Shown: one piece after another, positions 24,401-41,090 of the stretch
Position numbering within the stretch: position 1 is the first letter of the stretch
How the letters are laid out: the number at the start of each line of letters is the position of its first letter
Assembly (NCBI GenBank): GCA_002269645.1
Contig: NIVC01003283.1
Span: 42,635-106,634 of the forward strand
DNA from: Macrostomum lignano
Lineage: Eukaryota
DNA: 64,000 nucleotides
Direction: 5' to 3'
The notes under the pieces: model-generated
Told to the model about the DNA's origin: nothing
What the model saw: the letters and a program-made list of their open reading frames with translations, nothing else
Database searches by the model: none
Made by a program: the position numbers and the translations under genes

Positions 24401-27400
24401 CTTCACCCTTCATCATCAGAGGCCTTACAAATGCCTGTCTTCACCCTTCATCATCAGAGGCCTTACAAATGCCTGTCTTCACCCTTCATCATCAGAGGCC
24501 TTACAAATGCCTGTCCTCACCCTTCATCATCAGAGGCCTTACAAATGCCTGTCTTCACCCTTCATCATCAAAGGCCTTACAAATGCCTGTCTTCACCCTT
24601 CATCATCAAAGGCCCTCAAATGCCTGTCTTCACCCTTCATCATCAGAGGCCCTCAAATGCCTGTCTTCACCCTTCATCAGCAAATGCCCTCAAATGTCTG
24701 TCTTCACCCTTCATCATCAGAGGCCTTACAAATGTCTGTCTTCACCCTTCATCAGCAAATGCCCTCAAATGCCTGTCTTCACCCTTCATCATCAGAGGCC
24801 TTAGAAATGCCTGACTTCACCCTTCATCATCAGAGGCCTTACAAATGCCTGTCTTCACCCTTCATCATCAAATGCCCTCAAATGCCTGACTTCACCCTTC
24901 ATCATCAGAGGCCTTAGAAATGCCTGACTTCACCCTTCATCATCAGAGGCCTTACAAATGCCTGTCTTCACCCTTCATCATCAGAGGCCTTACAAATGCC
25001 TGTCTTCACCCTTCATCATCAGAGGCCTTACAAATGCCTGTCTTCACCCTTCATCATCAAAGGCCTTAGAAATGCCTGACTTCACCCTTCATCATCAGAG
25101 GCCTTAAAAATGCCTGTCTTCACCCTTCATCATCAGAGGCCTTACAAATGCCTGTCTTCACCCTTCATCATCAGAGGCCTTACAAATGCCTGTCTTCACC
25201 CTTCATCATCAAAGGCCTTAAAAATGCCTGTCTTCACCCTTCATCATCAGAGGCCTTACAAATGCCTGTCTTCACCCTTCATCATCAGAGGCCTTACAAA
25301 TGCCTGTCTTCACCCTTCATCATCAGAGGCCTTACAAATGCCTGTCTTCACCCTTCATCATCAAAGGCCTTAAAAATGCCTGTCTTCACCCTTCATCATC
25401 AGAGGCCTTACAAATGCCTGTCTCACCCTTCATCATCAGAGGCCTTACAAATGCCTGTCTTCACCCTTCATCATCAGAGGCCTTACAAATGCCTGTCTTC
25501 ACCCTTCATCATCAGAGGCCTTACAAATGCCTGTCTTCACCCTTCATCATCAGAGGCCTTACAAATGCCTGTCTTCACCCTTCATCATCAGAGGCCTTAC
25601 AAATGCCTGTCTTCACCCTTCATCATCAGAGGCCCTCAAATGCCTGTCTTCACCCTTCATCAGCAAATGCCCTCAAATGTCTGTCTTCACCCTTCATCAT
25701 CAGAGGCCTTACAAATGTCTGTCTTCACCCTTCATCAGCAAATGCCCTCAAATGCCTGTCTTCACCCTTCATCATCAGAGGCCTTAGAAATGCCTGACTT
25801 CACCCTTCATCATCAGAGGCCTTACAAATGCCTGTCTTCACCCTTCATCATCAAATGCCCTCAAATGCCTGACTTCACCCTTCATCATCAGAGGCCTTAG
25901 AAATGCCTGACTTCACCCTTCATCATCAGAGGCCTTACAAATGCCTGTCTTCACCCTTCATCATCAGAGGCCTTACAAATGCCTGTCTTCACCCTTCATC
26001 ATCAGAGGCCTTACAAATGCCTGTCTTCACCCTTCATCATCAAAGGCCTTAGAAATGCCTGACTTCACCCTTCATCATCAGAGGCCTTAAAAATGCCTGT
26101 CTTCACCCTTCATCATCAGAGGCCTTACAAATGCCTGTCTTCACCCTTCATCATCAGAGGCCTTACAAATGCCTGTCTTCACCCTTCATCATCAAAGGGC
26201 TTAGAAATGCCTGACTTCACCCTTCATCATCAGAGGCCTTAAAAATGCCTGTCTTCACCCTTCATCATCAGAGGCCTTACAAATGCCTGTCTTCACCCTT
26301 CATCATCAGAGGCCTTACAAATGCCTGTCTTCACCCTTCATCATCAAAGGCCTTAAAAATGCCTGTCTTCACCCTTCATCATCAAAGGCCTTAAAAATGC
26401 CTGTCTTCACCCTTCATCATCAGAGGCCTTACAAATGCCTGTCTTCACCCTTCATCATCAGAGGCCTTACAAATGCCTGTCTTCACCCTTCATCATCAGA
26501 GGCCTTACAAATGCCTGTCTTCACCCTTCATCATCAAAGGCCTTAAAAATGCCTGTCTTCACCCTTCATCATCAGAGGCCTTACAAATGCCTGTCTCCAC
26601 CCTTCATCATCAGAGGCCTTACAAATGCCTGTCTTCACCCTTCATCATCAGAGGCCTTACAAATGCCTGTCTTCACCCTTCATCATCAGAGGCCTTACAA
26701 ATGCCTGTCTTCACCCTTCATCATCAGAGGCCTTACAAATGCCTGTCTTCACCCTTCATCATCAGAGGCCTTACAAATGCCTGTCTTCACCCTTCATCAT
26801 CAGAGGCCTTACAAATGCCTGTCTTCACCCTTCATCATCAAATGCCCTCAAATGCCTGACTTCACCCTTCATCATCAGAGGCCTTAGAAATGCCTGACTT
26901 CACCCTTCATCATCAGAGGCCTTACAAATGCCTGTCTTCACCCTTCATCATCAGAGGCCTTACAAATGCCTGTCTTCACCCTTCATCATCAGAGGCCTTA
27001 CAAATGCCTGTCTTCACCCTTCATCATCAAAGGCTTAGAAATGCCTGACTTCACCCTTCATCATCAGAGGCCTTAAAAATGCCTGTCTTCACCCTTCATC
27101 ATCAGAGGCCTTACAAATGCCTGTCTTCACCCTTCATCATCAGAGGCCTTACAAATGCCTGTCTTCACCTTTCATCATCAAAGGCCTTAAAATGCCTGTC
27201 TTCACCCTTCATCATCAGAGGCCTTACAAATGCCTGTCTTCACCCTTCATCATCAGAGGCCTTACAAATGCCTGTCTTCACCCTTCATCATCAGAGGCCT
27301 TACAAATGCCTGTCTTCACCCTTCATCATCAGAGGCCTTACAAATGCCTGTCTTCACCCTTCATCATCAAAGGCCTTAAAAATGCCTGTCTTCACCCTTC

Positions 27401-28999
27401 ATCATCAGAGGCCTTACAAATGCCTGTCTCCACCCTTCATCATCAGAGGCCTTACAAATGCCTGTCTTCACCCTTCATCATCAAAGGCCTTAAAAATGCC
27501 TGTCTTCACCCTTCATCATCAGAGGCCTTACAAATGCCTGTCTTCACCCTTCATCATCAGAGGCCTTACAAATGCCTGTCTTCACCTTCATCATCAGAGG
27601 CCTTACAAATGCCTGTCTTCACCCTTCATCATCAGAGGCCTTACAAATGCCTGTCTTCACCCTTCATCATCAAAGGCCTTACAAATGCCTGTCTTCACCC
27701 TTCATCATCAAAGGCCTTAAAAATGCCTGTCTTCACCCTTCATCATCAAAGGCCTTAAAAATGTCTGTCTTCACCCTTCATCATCAGAGGCCTTACAAAT
27801 GCCTGTCTTCACCCTTCATCATCAAAGGCCTTACAAATGCCTGTCTTCACCCTTCATCATCAGAGGCCTTACAAATGCCTGTCTCCCCTGCAAATCAGGT
27901 CAAAGACGAGCAGGGCGGCGTGCGCGCCAACGCCACCGTGTGCCTGGGCAAGCTGGCTGGCCACATGGCCCCGGCAACGAGGCAGGGCCCCCTGCTGGCC
28001 CAGTTCCTCAAATGCCTGCGCGACCCGTTCCCGCCGGCGAGACAGGCCGCCCTGCTAGCCTGCGCGTCTACCCTGTCATTCTACACACTGCGGGACACCG
28101 CCTGCCGCCTGCTGCCGGCCCTCTGCCCGCTGACACTGGACCCGAGCAAAGAGGTTCGCGAGCACGCGTTCCAAGCTATTAACGCCTGTCTGCAACGCCT
28201 GCGCAAAGCGTCGGACAGTCCAGAGGAGGCAGCGGATCTCGAGAGTCAAGTGGCCGCCACTAGAGGCGCGGATTCCACTAGCAAGTCTTGGGCCAACTGG
28301 GCCGTGTCCGCTCTGTCAGCCAAGTTCTACAAGACCGCCCCGTCTGCGTCTGCTGCCGCCCCCGCTGCCGCTGTACCATCCGCTTCGGCACCTACTCCGG
28401 CATCTGCTACTGCCGAGCCTACTAACAGCAGTAGTATCAGCAAGCCATTGCCGCCTGTCGCTAATACAGCTTCCGCTGCCGCTGCTGCCAATGCGTCGGT
28501 AGTTGCGCCAGCCACCACCGACTGGAACGACGCCTGGAGCGACGCTGACGATGACGGTGATTGGGGCAGCATCGAGGAGGCTGGATCGTCGGCGATGGAG
28601 AAGCAATCGGCATCAGGGTTGGCTCCGAGCTCTTCTTCCTCCGCTGCTGCCAGCGCCTGGGACACCAACTGGGGCGACGAGGAGGACGACACCCAGAAGG
28701 AGCCGATCCAGTCGGCGGTGGAGCCGCCGCCAATTCGTGCGGCATTGTCGTCGGCTGCAAAATCCGGCGGCGGTGGACTCAAGCTTACTGGCGCTAAAAA
28801 GTTGGCGCCGAAATTGGCGCCTAGCGCCGGTAGCAATCTGGACGCCATCCTATCTGAAGAGATGGCCAGGCAACAGCTGGCACCGCAAAAGCAGCAGCAG
28901 CAGCAGCAACAGCCGATCCGAAATCCACAGAAGGAACAGAAGCACAGAAGGCAGCAGAAGAAACCAAGTGACGATGAGGATGATTGGGGAGCCTGGTAA
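21485..28999 (+). CDS. SCYL1: SCY1-like pseudokinase 1 (NTKL), 5'-partial; exons 21485-21749, 22456-22709, 23688-24094, 27899-28999; at least six frame disruptions in the first three exons
   Basis: Motifs VAKGLAFLNRDCRLLH, VFVNSAGEWKL, DSWGLGCFVWE|VFN, KHKVLPQL, GFHDTSPVVREHT, KHLTRLQ|VKDEQGGVRANATVCLGK, DPFPPARQA, LTLDPSKEVREHAF, SWANWAV and the C-terminal DDWGAW*. All are SCYL1 family features. The N-terminal ~120 aa were not found (probably in or beyond the gap). Confidence 0.92.
21850..22130. repeat. ~36-38-bp minisatellite in a SCYL1 intron
   Basis: Unit ATGGGTGAGATTTTGAATGGATTCTTGTTATTGTG(TA). Confidence 0.93.
22166..22412 (+). mobile_element. tRNA-derived SINE in a SCYL1 intron
   Basis: A-box-like TAGCCTAGCGG (22173-22183) and B-box GGTTCGATTCC (22217-22227). 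Followed by TGTGTCCTTGAGCAAGACACTTAAC, which resembles the conserved central domain of CORE/Meta-type SINEs, and an (ATT)n tail near 22385-22412. Confidence 0.75.
22795..23657. repeat. ~20-bp C-rich minisatellite in a SCYL1 intron
   Basis: Unit CATCCCAGATCCGCCCCTAC. Confidence 0.95.
24200..27883. repeat. 38-bp minisatellite, about 97 copies, in the SCYL1 last intron, with ~985-bp higher-order structure
   Basis: Unit AAATGCCTGTCTTCACCCTTCATCATCAGAGGCCTTAC. Confidence 0.98.
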
Positions 29000-29257
29000 T
29001 GCTGGAAGCTGGTAGATGAATATGTGGGTAGGTAGTCAGACCAGTAGGCTGGTAGATGAATAGGTGAGAAAGTAGTTAGACCAGTAGGCTGGTAGATTAG
29101 TAGTATCAGTAGTAGTATAGTAGTATTAGTCATTAGAAGTATGTTGGTGGAAGAAGTATTAGTAGAATACCAGCAATCTACGCCCCCCGTTGGGGAGCAA
29201 ACAAAGAATGTAATATTTTTTTAGATAAACTACACGTAGCTTCTAACCTCAGCCTTG

Positions 29258-29385
29258 GTATCTTAGCAATTCCCCCCAAGCCTTTATATCTCAGCAATTC
29301 CCCCAAGCCTTTATATCTCAGCAATTCCCCCAAGCCTTTATATCTTAGCAATTCCCCCAAGCCTTTATATCTCAGCAATTCCCCC
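29258..29385. repeat. 27-bp tandem repeat, 4-5 copies
   Basis: Unit TCAGCAATTCCCCCAAGCCTTTATATC. Confidence 0.9.
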
Positions 29386-29934
29386 CACGCAGCAGGCTCT
29401 GTACATTTGCATAATATCGGCACTCGCTCGTTATCATCATTTAATTGGTGTTCAGAGGCATAAATTCATTTTATCATGCTCATTACTTTGTCTAATCTAA
29501 ATGATCTACTTTTTGTGCTAAAAAAAGCCAGTTGCCAAAAGATGAAAATAGATAGAAGACAAATCCTACTGCCTACTTGCGAGTAGTGTAGTAAAAATAC
29601 GAGTATAATTTTGCAAATCTGTTATTCTGCTTTGTCGGTTAAACACTTGATTGCTTCCTTGTTTTGCCTTCTTCATATTATCCTGATTAATATTGATTGC
29701 AATTGCATTCAGACTGCCTCTTAAATGTTATGAGCGTATTCTTATTTCCTCTGATTTAGCTGTTTGCAATAAAAATAATAAAAAATAAGGTATATGTAAT
29801 CGTAAAAATATTTCACTGCTTCTTTTGCAACCGAGGCTAACCTTTGCTTGTAAACTAATATCTGACATTTGGTCTTTTTATTCTATTTATTTCTAGTACG
29901 TTGGAATTTATCTAATCATCATGCTTCTATAAAT

Positions 29935-30730
29935 ATTCAGTTGCTAGGTCAGCCTTTCAGATCTTCAGTTGCTGGATCAGCCTCCCAGATCCTAAGTTGC
30001 TGGTCCACCGCCAGCCTCCCAGATCCTCAATTGCTGGACCAGCCTTTCAGATCCTCAGTTGCTGGACCAGCCTCCCAGATCCTCAGTTGCTGGACCAGCC
30101 TTTCAGATCCCCAGTTGCTGGACCAGCCTCCCAGATCCCCAGTTGCTGGACCAGCCTCACAGATGCTCAGTTGCTGGACCAGCCTTTCAGATCCCCAGTT
30201 GCTGGACCAGCCTTTCAGATCCCCAGTTGCTGGACCAGCCTCTCAGATGCTCAGTTGCTGGACCAGCCTCACAGATCCTCAGTTGCTGGACCAGCCTCAC
30301 AGATCCTCAGTTGCTGGACCAGCCTCCCAGATCCTCAGTTGCTGGACCAGCCTTTCAGATCCCCAGTTGCTGGACCAGCCTCCCAGATCCCCAGTTGCTG
30401 GACCAGCCTCACAGATGCTCAGTTGCTGGACCAGCCTTTCAGATCCCCAGTTGCTGGACCAGCCTTTCAGATCCCCAGTTGCTGGACCAGCCTCTCAGAT
30501 GCTCAGTTGCTGGACCAGCCTCACAGATGCTCAGTTGCTGGGCCAGCCTCACAGATGCTCAGTTGCTGGACCAGCCTCACAGATGCTCAGTTGCTGGACC
30601 AGCCTCACAGATGCTCAGTTGCTGGACCAGCCTCACAGATGCTCAGTTGCTGGACCAGCCTCACAGATGCTCAGTTGCTGGACCAGCCTCACAGATGCTC
30701 AGTTGTTGGGCCACTGCCAGCCTCCCAGAT
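29935..30730. repeat. 28-bp minisatellite
   Basis: Unit GATCCTCAGTTGCTGGACCAGCCTCCCA. Confidence 0.96.
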
Positions 30731-31244
30731 CCTCAGACTAAGCCGTTACTCCCTGTCCTAAGCCCTCCCTTCTGATTCTTGAGCGTCTGTACTGTTGAAA
30801 GACGCTTCGAAAGTGCAAGACGCTTTAAATCTTCTTGTTACAGCACAGGTGCGAGCTAAAATGAAATTTGAGAATCAATAAAAATCCAAGGAAGAATACG
30901 TTTAAAAACAAACTTGGAGGCAGTCAATTCTGCGAATGAAAAACCTTTCTTTTACAATTTTATTGAGTTATATAGTAAATCAGATAAAATAGTTTTCTTA
31001 GCGACCGAGGGAAAAAATTTGAGCAGCAGTTAATTGAATCTGCGTTAATTGAGAAATCAATTCAAATCAAAGCGTTAAAAAAACCAGGTTGGAAGCGGCC
31101 GAGGCAAACTTTTGGGTCAGATATTTGACCAGATCGGGCCATTACAATACAGTTTTCACGTGCATGCAAACATTTATGCAACTGCGGCGCTGTGAAAGAA
31201 GCGGACAAGCGACTGTGCTGAGGTGGAGACGGACAGCTGTTTGA

Positions 31245-31950
31245 AGGATTTGGGGGTATTTTAACGAGCTGGGGTATTTTGAGGAGATAAGGTACTTGGA
31301 GAAAGCTGGGGTATTTTTTAGGAGATAAGTTACTTGGAGAAAGCTGGGGTATTTTGAGGAGATAAGGTACTTGGAGAAAGCTGGGGTATTTTTGAGGAGA
31401 TAAGGTACTTGGAGAAAGCTGGGGTATTTTTGAGGAGATAAGGTACTTGGAGAAAGCTGGGGTATTTTTGAGGAGATAAGGTACTTGGAGAAAGCTGGGG
31501 TATTTTTTAGGAGATAAGGTACTTGGAGACAGCTGGGGTATTTTGAGGAGATAAGGTACTTGGAGAAAGCTGGGGTATTTTGAGGAGATAAGGTACTTGG
31601 AGAAAGCTGGGGTATTTTGAGGAGATAAGGTACTTGGAGAAAGCTGGGGTATTTTGAGGAGATAAGGTACTTGGAGAAAGCTGGGGTATTTTGAGGAGAT
31701 AAGGTACTTGGAGAAAGCTGGGGTATTTTGAGGAGATAAGGTACTTGGAGAAAGCTGGGGTATTTTGAGGAGATAACGTACTTGGAGAAAGCTGGGGTAT
31801 TTTGAGGAGATAAGGTACTTGGAGAAAGCTGGGGTATTTTGAGGAGATAAGGTACTTGGAGAAAGCTGGGGTATTTTGAGGAGATAAGGTACTTGGAGAA
31901 AGCTGGGGTATTTTGAGGAGATAAGTTACTTGGAGAAAGCTGGGGCATTT
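31245..31950. repeat. 37-bp minisatellite
   Basis: Unit GCTGGGGTATTTTGAGGAGATAAGGTACTTGGAGAAA. Confidence 0.96.
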
Positions 31951-33114
31951 TGACGATCTGGTGTATATGGACGAGTTGCGGTATTTGGAGGGGTATTCTG
32001 GGGAGCTGGGCACAGCAATAATCAGAGCCAATAGACATGTACGGTACACAGCAATCATCGGCTCCCGCCAGTCGCAGGGAAATGCAGAGGTGCTCAAACG
32101 CGCGCACAGCGCGCAAAGCAGACAAAATTAGTCCAAGGTTTGTAACTCTGGCTAGAAAAAGCAGTTGGATTGGTGGGTGATAGATAAATGTATGGGGATT
32201 GCTGCAGCTACAGGCAAAATTACTTGTTTATCACAGTCTAAAATGGCTACTGAAAATCTAAACCGAAATTCTAAACAAAACTTTAAAAGATAAATAATAG
32301 AACTACTTATACTGTAATTTTGCTTCTCAAATCAGTGGATCAATCACAGAAAGTTATAAAAATAGTTGAAAAATTCACCCATTGAGGAATAACGGAAAGC
32401 TCGTTGCAGATAATAGACTTTTAGAAATAGAAACCATCTTCAATTCTGTTACCTTCACTCTCTCCTGCTCAGGCTTCCGTTTGACAAATTTGACAATGAA
32501 GGCTGCGCATTTTATGTCCAGAAATGTGCCAGAGTTTTCCATCATTCTCTCCTTGCGCTCTGATGTGCCAGCGGCCCAGGCTCGATTCCAAGTGCAGTCA
32601 CATTAATCTGGGGCTAAATTGGAATCTCGGCTTGGCTCTGCTAGTGCAACTAACGCCCTTAAGGGCCAACCCCCAAGGCACAGTGAAGTGTACATGCCGA
32701 ACGATAAATAAAAATAGGACCTGTGTGAGTGTGTGCCTGTGCGTATGACTGCGTACGTATCCGCGCGCTTGTGTGCCTGCTCAGGGGAGTCGGTGGAATT
32801 GGCAACAATGCCTCTCGCCTGTTGTGCGACAATGTCGCTTGAAGTGCGCCAGAGTGCACACAGCCCCCTTGTATCTACGATCTAGTATAAAAAATCAGCT
32901 TAGGAGAGTTCGTCTACTGATAAAAGTAGAAAGTGTAGAATGTGGTGCTAAAAGTTTGCACGGCGAGCTAAGAGTTTTCGCCATGCTGGACAGTGCAAAG
33001 ATTTAATAGATTTCTGTTCTCTATAAACCCTATAGCTGGCTGAGAATGACTGACTGGGGCTGTAACAGAGACCTAAGCAAGCCCCCCCATGTACACACAC
33101 GTCATTAGGCTAGG

Positions 33115-36565
<3,451 letters not shown>

Positions 36566-39225
36566 TGTTGTTGAGGAACTTTTGTGCTTAGCAGTCAACA
36601 GTAACTGTTGAAGAGGTTTAAGTAATTATTGCCGCGCTGAAAAAAGGATTGTTCTAGTTAAAAATATTTGCATAGAATTCTTAGGAAATAAAAATTTTTT
36701 TTCGCAGTGTTGACTGGAAATCAATAGATTATCAAATGGCAAATTAGTCAGTTTAAACGTGAATTAAAAATGCACGAATATATATATATATAAATATGAT
36801 ATTTCATATTTAACTTACATTTACTCGTATAATACCTTATAAATATTTACCTTACGCTGGTAAATTTACATGTACAAGGCTAACTAACAGAGATGGAATT
36901 ATGACGAGAAAAGGAATTCTATTACCTTTAGCATAAATATTTCTGGGCTTTCAAATATAACTTAATTATCTGACAAAAATTAATATAGCAGGTGTAAAAT
37001 ACAGGTAATAATATTAATGGAACAGTGTTACAAGGCATCTATATAAACACTGAACAATATAATCCAATCAAAAAGTAAAATTTTAAAGGCTAAGGAATCT
37101 AATTTTTTGATAAAATTAAGAACCTCTGGATCAATTATTGTGCCTTGAGTAGCCTAAATATATAGGCTACTCAAAAATCTTCTAAATCTTTTGAGTTTTA
37201 AATTCTAAATTCATAAAAATTAATTGCAACATGAGGCTGGCTGTTGAGTTGATTGACAACAACACTATTACGAAAGCATTTAATAGTAATATTGTCATTT
37301 TCAGAACACTCATTTAGCCATAAGAGTAAGAAAAGGTGAAACTGTAACACATTGCAATAACTCCAACAACGAGAGAGGACTCTGTGTTTGCTTACTTTTG
37401 TTTTTCATTGTAAATTTTTAAGTATTTAATTTTAAGACGATGCGTGATATTCTCTCTCAAATTTTTTTAAATATAACATTTAGGTTAAGAAGCCGAAGCC
37501 AAGGTAATCCAGTTCACGAGTTCAATCCTTTCCAAAAATCTATCAGAGTTCTGCGTTACTTACAAATAATTTCAATAAAATCCTAAGTTGAATCCGTGCG
37601 CATTTTTGTTTACCCTGATTGTCCTAGAGAGCAAGCAGTATATTAAATTTCGTGATAAACGACTTTGAAGGAATTACTTTCACTGTAAAATTCAATAACT
37701 TGTATTTTTTGCCAGAAAATTGGCCTCTAAAAATAGCAGTCTTTAGGTTTTACAGCTGTACGTGCTGTTATACATGGCGGAGCGCATGGCAAGTTTATTT
37801 TTACGCGTAGATCCCTCAAAAGAGTAAATTGTAAGAGTACGTCAGAGTTAATCATGCAAGGTAAATTTAGGCCATTGATCCTCGCAGCACTGTAGCGGCA
37901 CAAGGACGACTAATTATTTATCGTCTTTCTTACTTACGTTAAGTCCGGTAAGTTAGTTGGTTAGTAAGTAGTCCTAAAGCGGCCAGAATCCGGCATCGGA
38001 TGGTACCGCAGATATCCCACGTACTGGTGCAGCCGGTACATGCTATATAGCTTGCTATTAGCTGCATACTAGGACCGATCTGCAGCTCTGGCCAAACTGA
38101 TCGCCTTCAGCGGAGCGAGGTTGAACTTGAAGTTATTTTCTGATGTCTCGCACACAGTCGAACAATATTGCGGATGAATCGCTTAGTTCTTAAGACGCCT
38201 TAGTGTATAGCTGTTCACGTCGGTCGAGTACATGTAAGGCCGGGAAGCGAGGAAGTTGCCGAATTGTTTCAACCCCTTCCAATGGCTACGAGCGTAAAAT
38301 GCATAATTCAGTGTGAAAATGGATGATAATAAAAATAATTAATCCATATAATCATTCCAATGGCTAAATAATCAGAGCAATGTTATTAAGACACTCGATG
38401 CATCCTAAACCTGCTGCAGTTTATTCACTTCCATGGTTTAAGCATGCAGAACATCGATCGGGGTGCTTTCACAACGTACGTCGAAAACTCGAATAGCAGC
38501 TACTTTTACATCTGCAGTTCGAAACTTCGTAAGCTCGAAATTTTACAACTCCGAAAACTGAATACGCTCGTATAGCAACAAACCATGCAGTTTTCGGTGA
38601 AATTTTACTCAACAACATTACTTATCATTACTTAATTTTATCAACAAGCTAACAAGAAACTGACAGTGAGCTCTGCATTGGAGTGTGATGTACGGACTGG
38701 TGTAATAGACATGCTTTTTTACATGCCAGGATCATTTCAGGAAAATCACATTTGATTGTGATGTACATGTAACCTGGGGAATGATAACTCAGAGCTATGG
38801 CCCGAGGTACTGATGCCAGGGTAGAAGGGGATCAGACCTCACCCTCCCCAGGGGCACCCACCCTAGATGGAGAACTGGTGGCTTGGGTTGTGGTCCGATA
38901 GCAAGGTCCGACTGTTCTAATCCCAACTACGGCCCATGAGTTTTGAAGATAGGGACTGCTTAAAGTACATGTAGTTCTGCCATCACCCCTAATAATAATT
39001 ACATTACAGAATAATAATTACATTAATACATCTGAAATCTCCTTACGATCTGCCAGCAGCTTCAGTTTTGTATCCCTGCAGTCCTAGCCTTCTCACTAGC
39101 CTGTATGCTTAAAAGATTAATAAATTAAAGCAGGATAACTGGGTTATGATTTTCATCTGATAGTTAAGTAGCTCAGCTGCAGATACTACAATACTACTCG
39201 AGAATGAATGATTGAATTGTTGCAA

Positions 39226-39330
39226 AGCGGGATCGGGATCCCGATGGTCAATCCCGGGATTTTCGAATCTCGGACAAGTGTGATCCCGGGATTTAGGCCT
39301 AATCCCGAGATCCCGGGATTGTATTCACTA
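39226..39330. mobile_element. Probable DNA-transposon (hAT-like) terminal fragment
   Basis: Cluster of ATCCCGGGAT / GATCCCG palindromic motifs ending in CCCGGGATTGTATTCACTA (TAG-type terminus on the reverse strand). No partner terminus found. Confidence 0.4.
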
Positions 39331-39402
39331 TAGGTAGATTGTGTATATGGTTTTGGAAGTAGACAATGATTAATTTTTCACAAGTGGCGAAGTGGCGAAG
39401 CC

Positions 39403-39926
39403 AACCATTGCATGAAATTAGACACAACTAACCATTGCATGAAATTAGACACAACTAACCATTGCATGAAATTAGACACAACTAACCATTGCATGAAATT
39501 AGACACAACTAACCATTGCATGAAATTAGACACAACTAACCATTGCATGAATTAGACACAACTAACCATTGCATGAATTAGACACAACTAAACCATTGCA
39601 TGAAATTAGACACAACTAACCATTGCATGAAATTAGACACAACTAACCATTGCATGAATTAGACACAACTAACCATTGCATGAATTAGACACAACTAAAC
39701 CATTGCATGAAATTAGACACAACTAACCATTGCATGAAATTAGACACAACTAACCATTGCATGAAATTAGACACAACTAACCATTGCATGAATTAGACAC
39801 AACTAACCATTGCATGAATTAGACACAACTAAACCATTGCATGAAATTAGACACAACTAACCATTGCATGAAATTAGACACAACTAACCATTGCATGAAA
39901 TTAGACACAACTAACCATTGCATGAA
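39403..39926. repeat. 27-bp minisatellite, about 19 copies
   Basis: Unit AACCATTGCATGAAATTAGACACAACT. Confidence 0.96.
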
Positions 39927-40935
39927 ACGACTCTAACCAATAAGCGGTCTTGTGCCATTGTAACATGATTTAAATGTGTAAAAGCGTGCTTAAATGGCTC
40001 GTGATCGCGTATTGGCTATAGAGTCATTTAACGCACGAGATATATATGTTGTGATTACAATGCTGGTTCTTCTTGCTATGTTATGGCCACATACGAGTAT
40101 GGCCACATGTCTATGGCCACTCGTACGCTCTACCTATTCGCCTTATCTATTTGATCCCAAGTGTTAAAACTTGTGGAGATTATCAGTAGCTTATATCTCC
40201 TACCATAGACAGCGGAATTCTTCTTTTGGTATCGGTGCATTATAACATCTATATCCGTTGATCTCCGCTCCCTGTACAGATCCATCGCGGCTCACAGGCC
40301 GTGAATCCCATTAAAATATTGCACTTAAATTCAGAGATACTCTATGGCACAAACTCCAAAGAACTGAACCTCCTCGTTTCAGTGTATTATATATTTAAAA
40401 CCACTTCGCGCCCAAGCTTGGTTCTGTAAGATGGCTTAAAAGCCCAAAGGCCTGCAGAGCAGTCCATAGACAAATTTGTCTTTTTTGCTGAATCGAGTGC
40501 ACACCCTAGAAGCCCAGAAGTAAAGTATATTGTAGTGTTACTCCTTCTCGGGTTCTTTAAGATGTTCCTAGCAAATAGAACCCGCTGCTCCTGAAGAAGC
40601 TAGATAGCACCGCAGTACTACCTATCGATTTGCCTGAAAATGAACCTAAAACGTTAGCCGTGACTTGGTAGGGTTGCTGCCACCTTGGTGTGCGGACTCG
40701 ACGCGTCGGCAGAGTTGTCTATCCGTCACCTGAAAGAAAAATAACAAAGTCGCTCGGAGCAAAGCCAAATCTGAAAAATGTCTCGACAGTCGATCGTCTT
40801 AGTAGAATGCTGCTCGAACCTGAAAACCTGAAAACCTGAAATGAGAGAGAAGAGCTCGGAGGCAGAGGCAGCTCCAATCGAGGAAGCTCCCGAACGCGGC
40901 TCACGATCTGGAGAAAATGGCTCGCAGATGCTCCG

Positions 40936-41090
40936 TATTTATAGCCGAGCGGACCCCCAAAAGTCACGTGAGTTTCATGCGGTGAGCGCGTGAAACTTCC
41001 TTATTTGGTTACTAAAATCATGCGAGCGACGCGTGATTCAAGGCCAACTTCCAAATAAGGCAACCCTGCACGCAGCAGTGGCGTGACTCA
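40936..41090 (-). promoter_or_regulatory. Candidate Pol II promoter: TATA box, E-box, two CArG boxes and an AP-1 site
   Basis: TATAAATA on the minus strand at 40936-40943; TCACGTGA at 40964-40971; CCTTATTTGG at 40999-41008; CCAAATAAGG at 41051-41060; TGACTCA at 41084-41090. Confidence 0.6.

Noticed and set aside
24200-27883. CRISPR-like appearance of the 27-45-bp repeat arrays
   Set aside because: Units are head-to-tail with no unique spacers, there are no cas genes, and the context is eukaryotic and spliced.
37800-38960. Moderately GC-rich unique stretches upstream of the stathmin-like gene
   Set aside because: No ORF, termini or fold that I could support; probably intronic or old repeat sequence.
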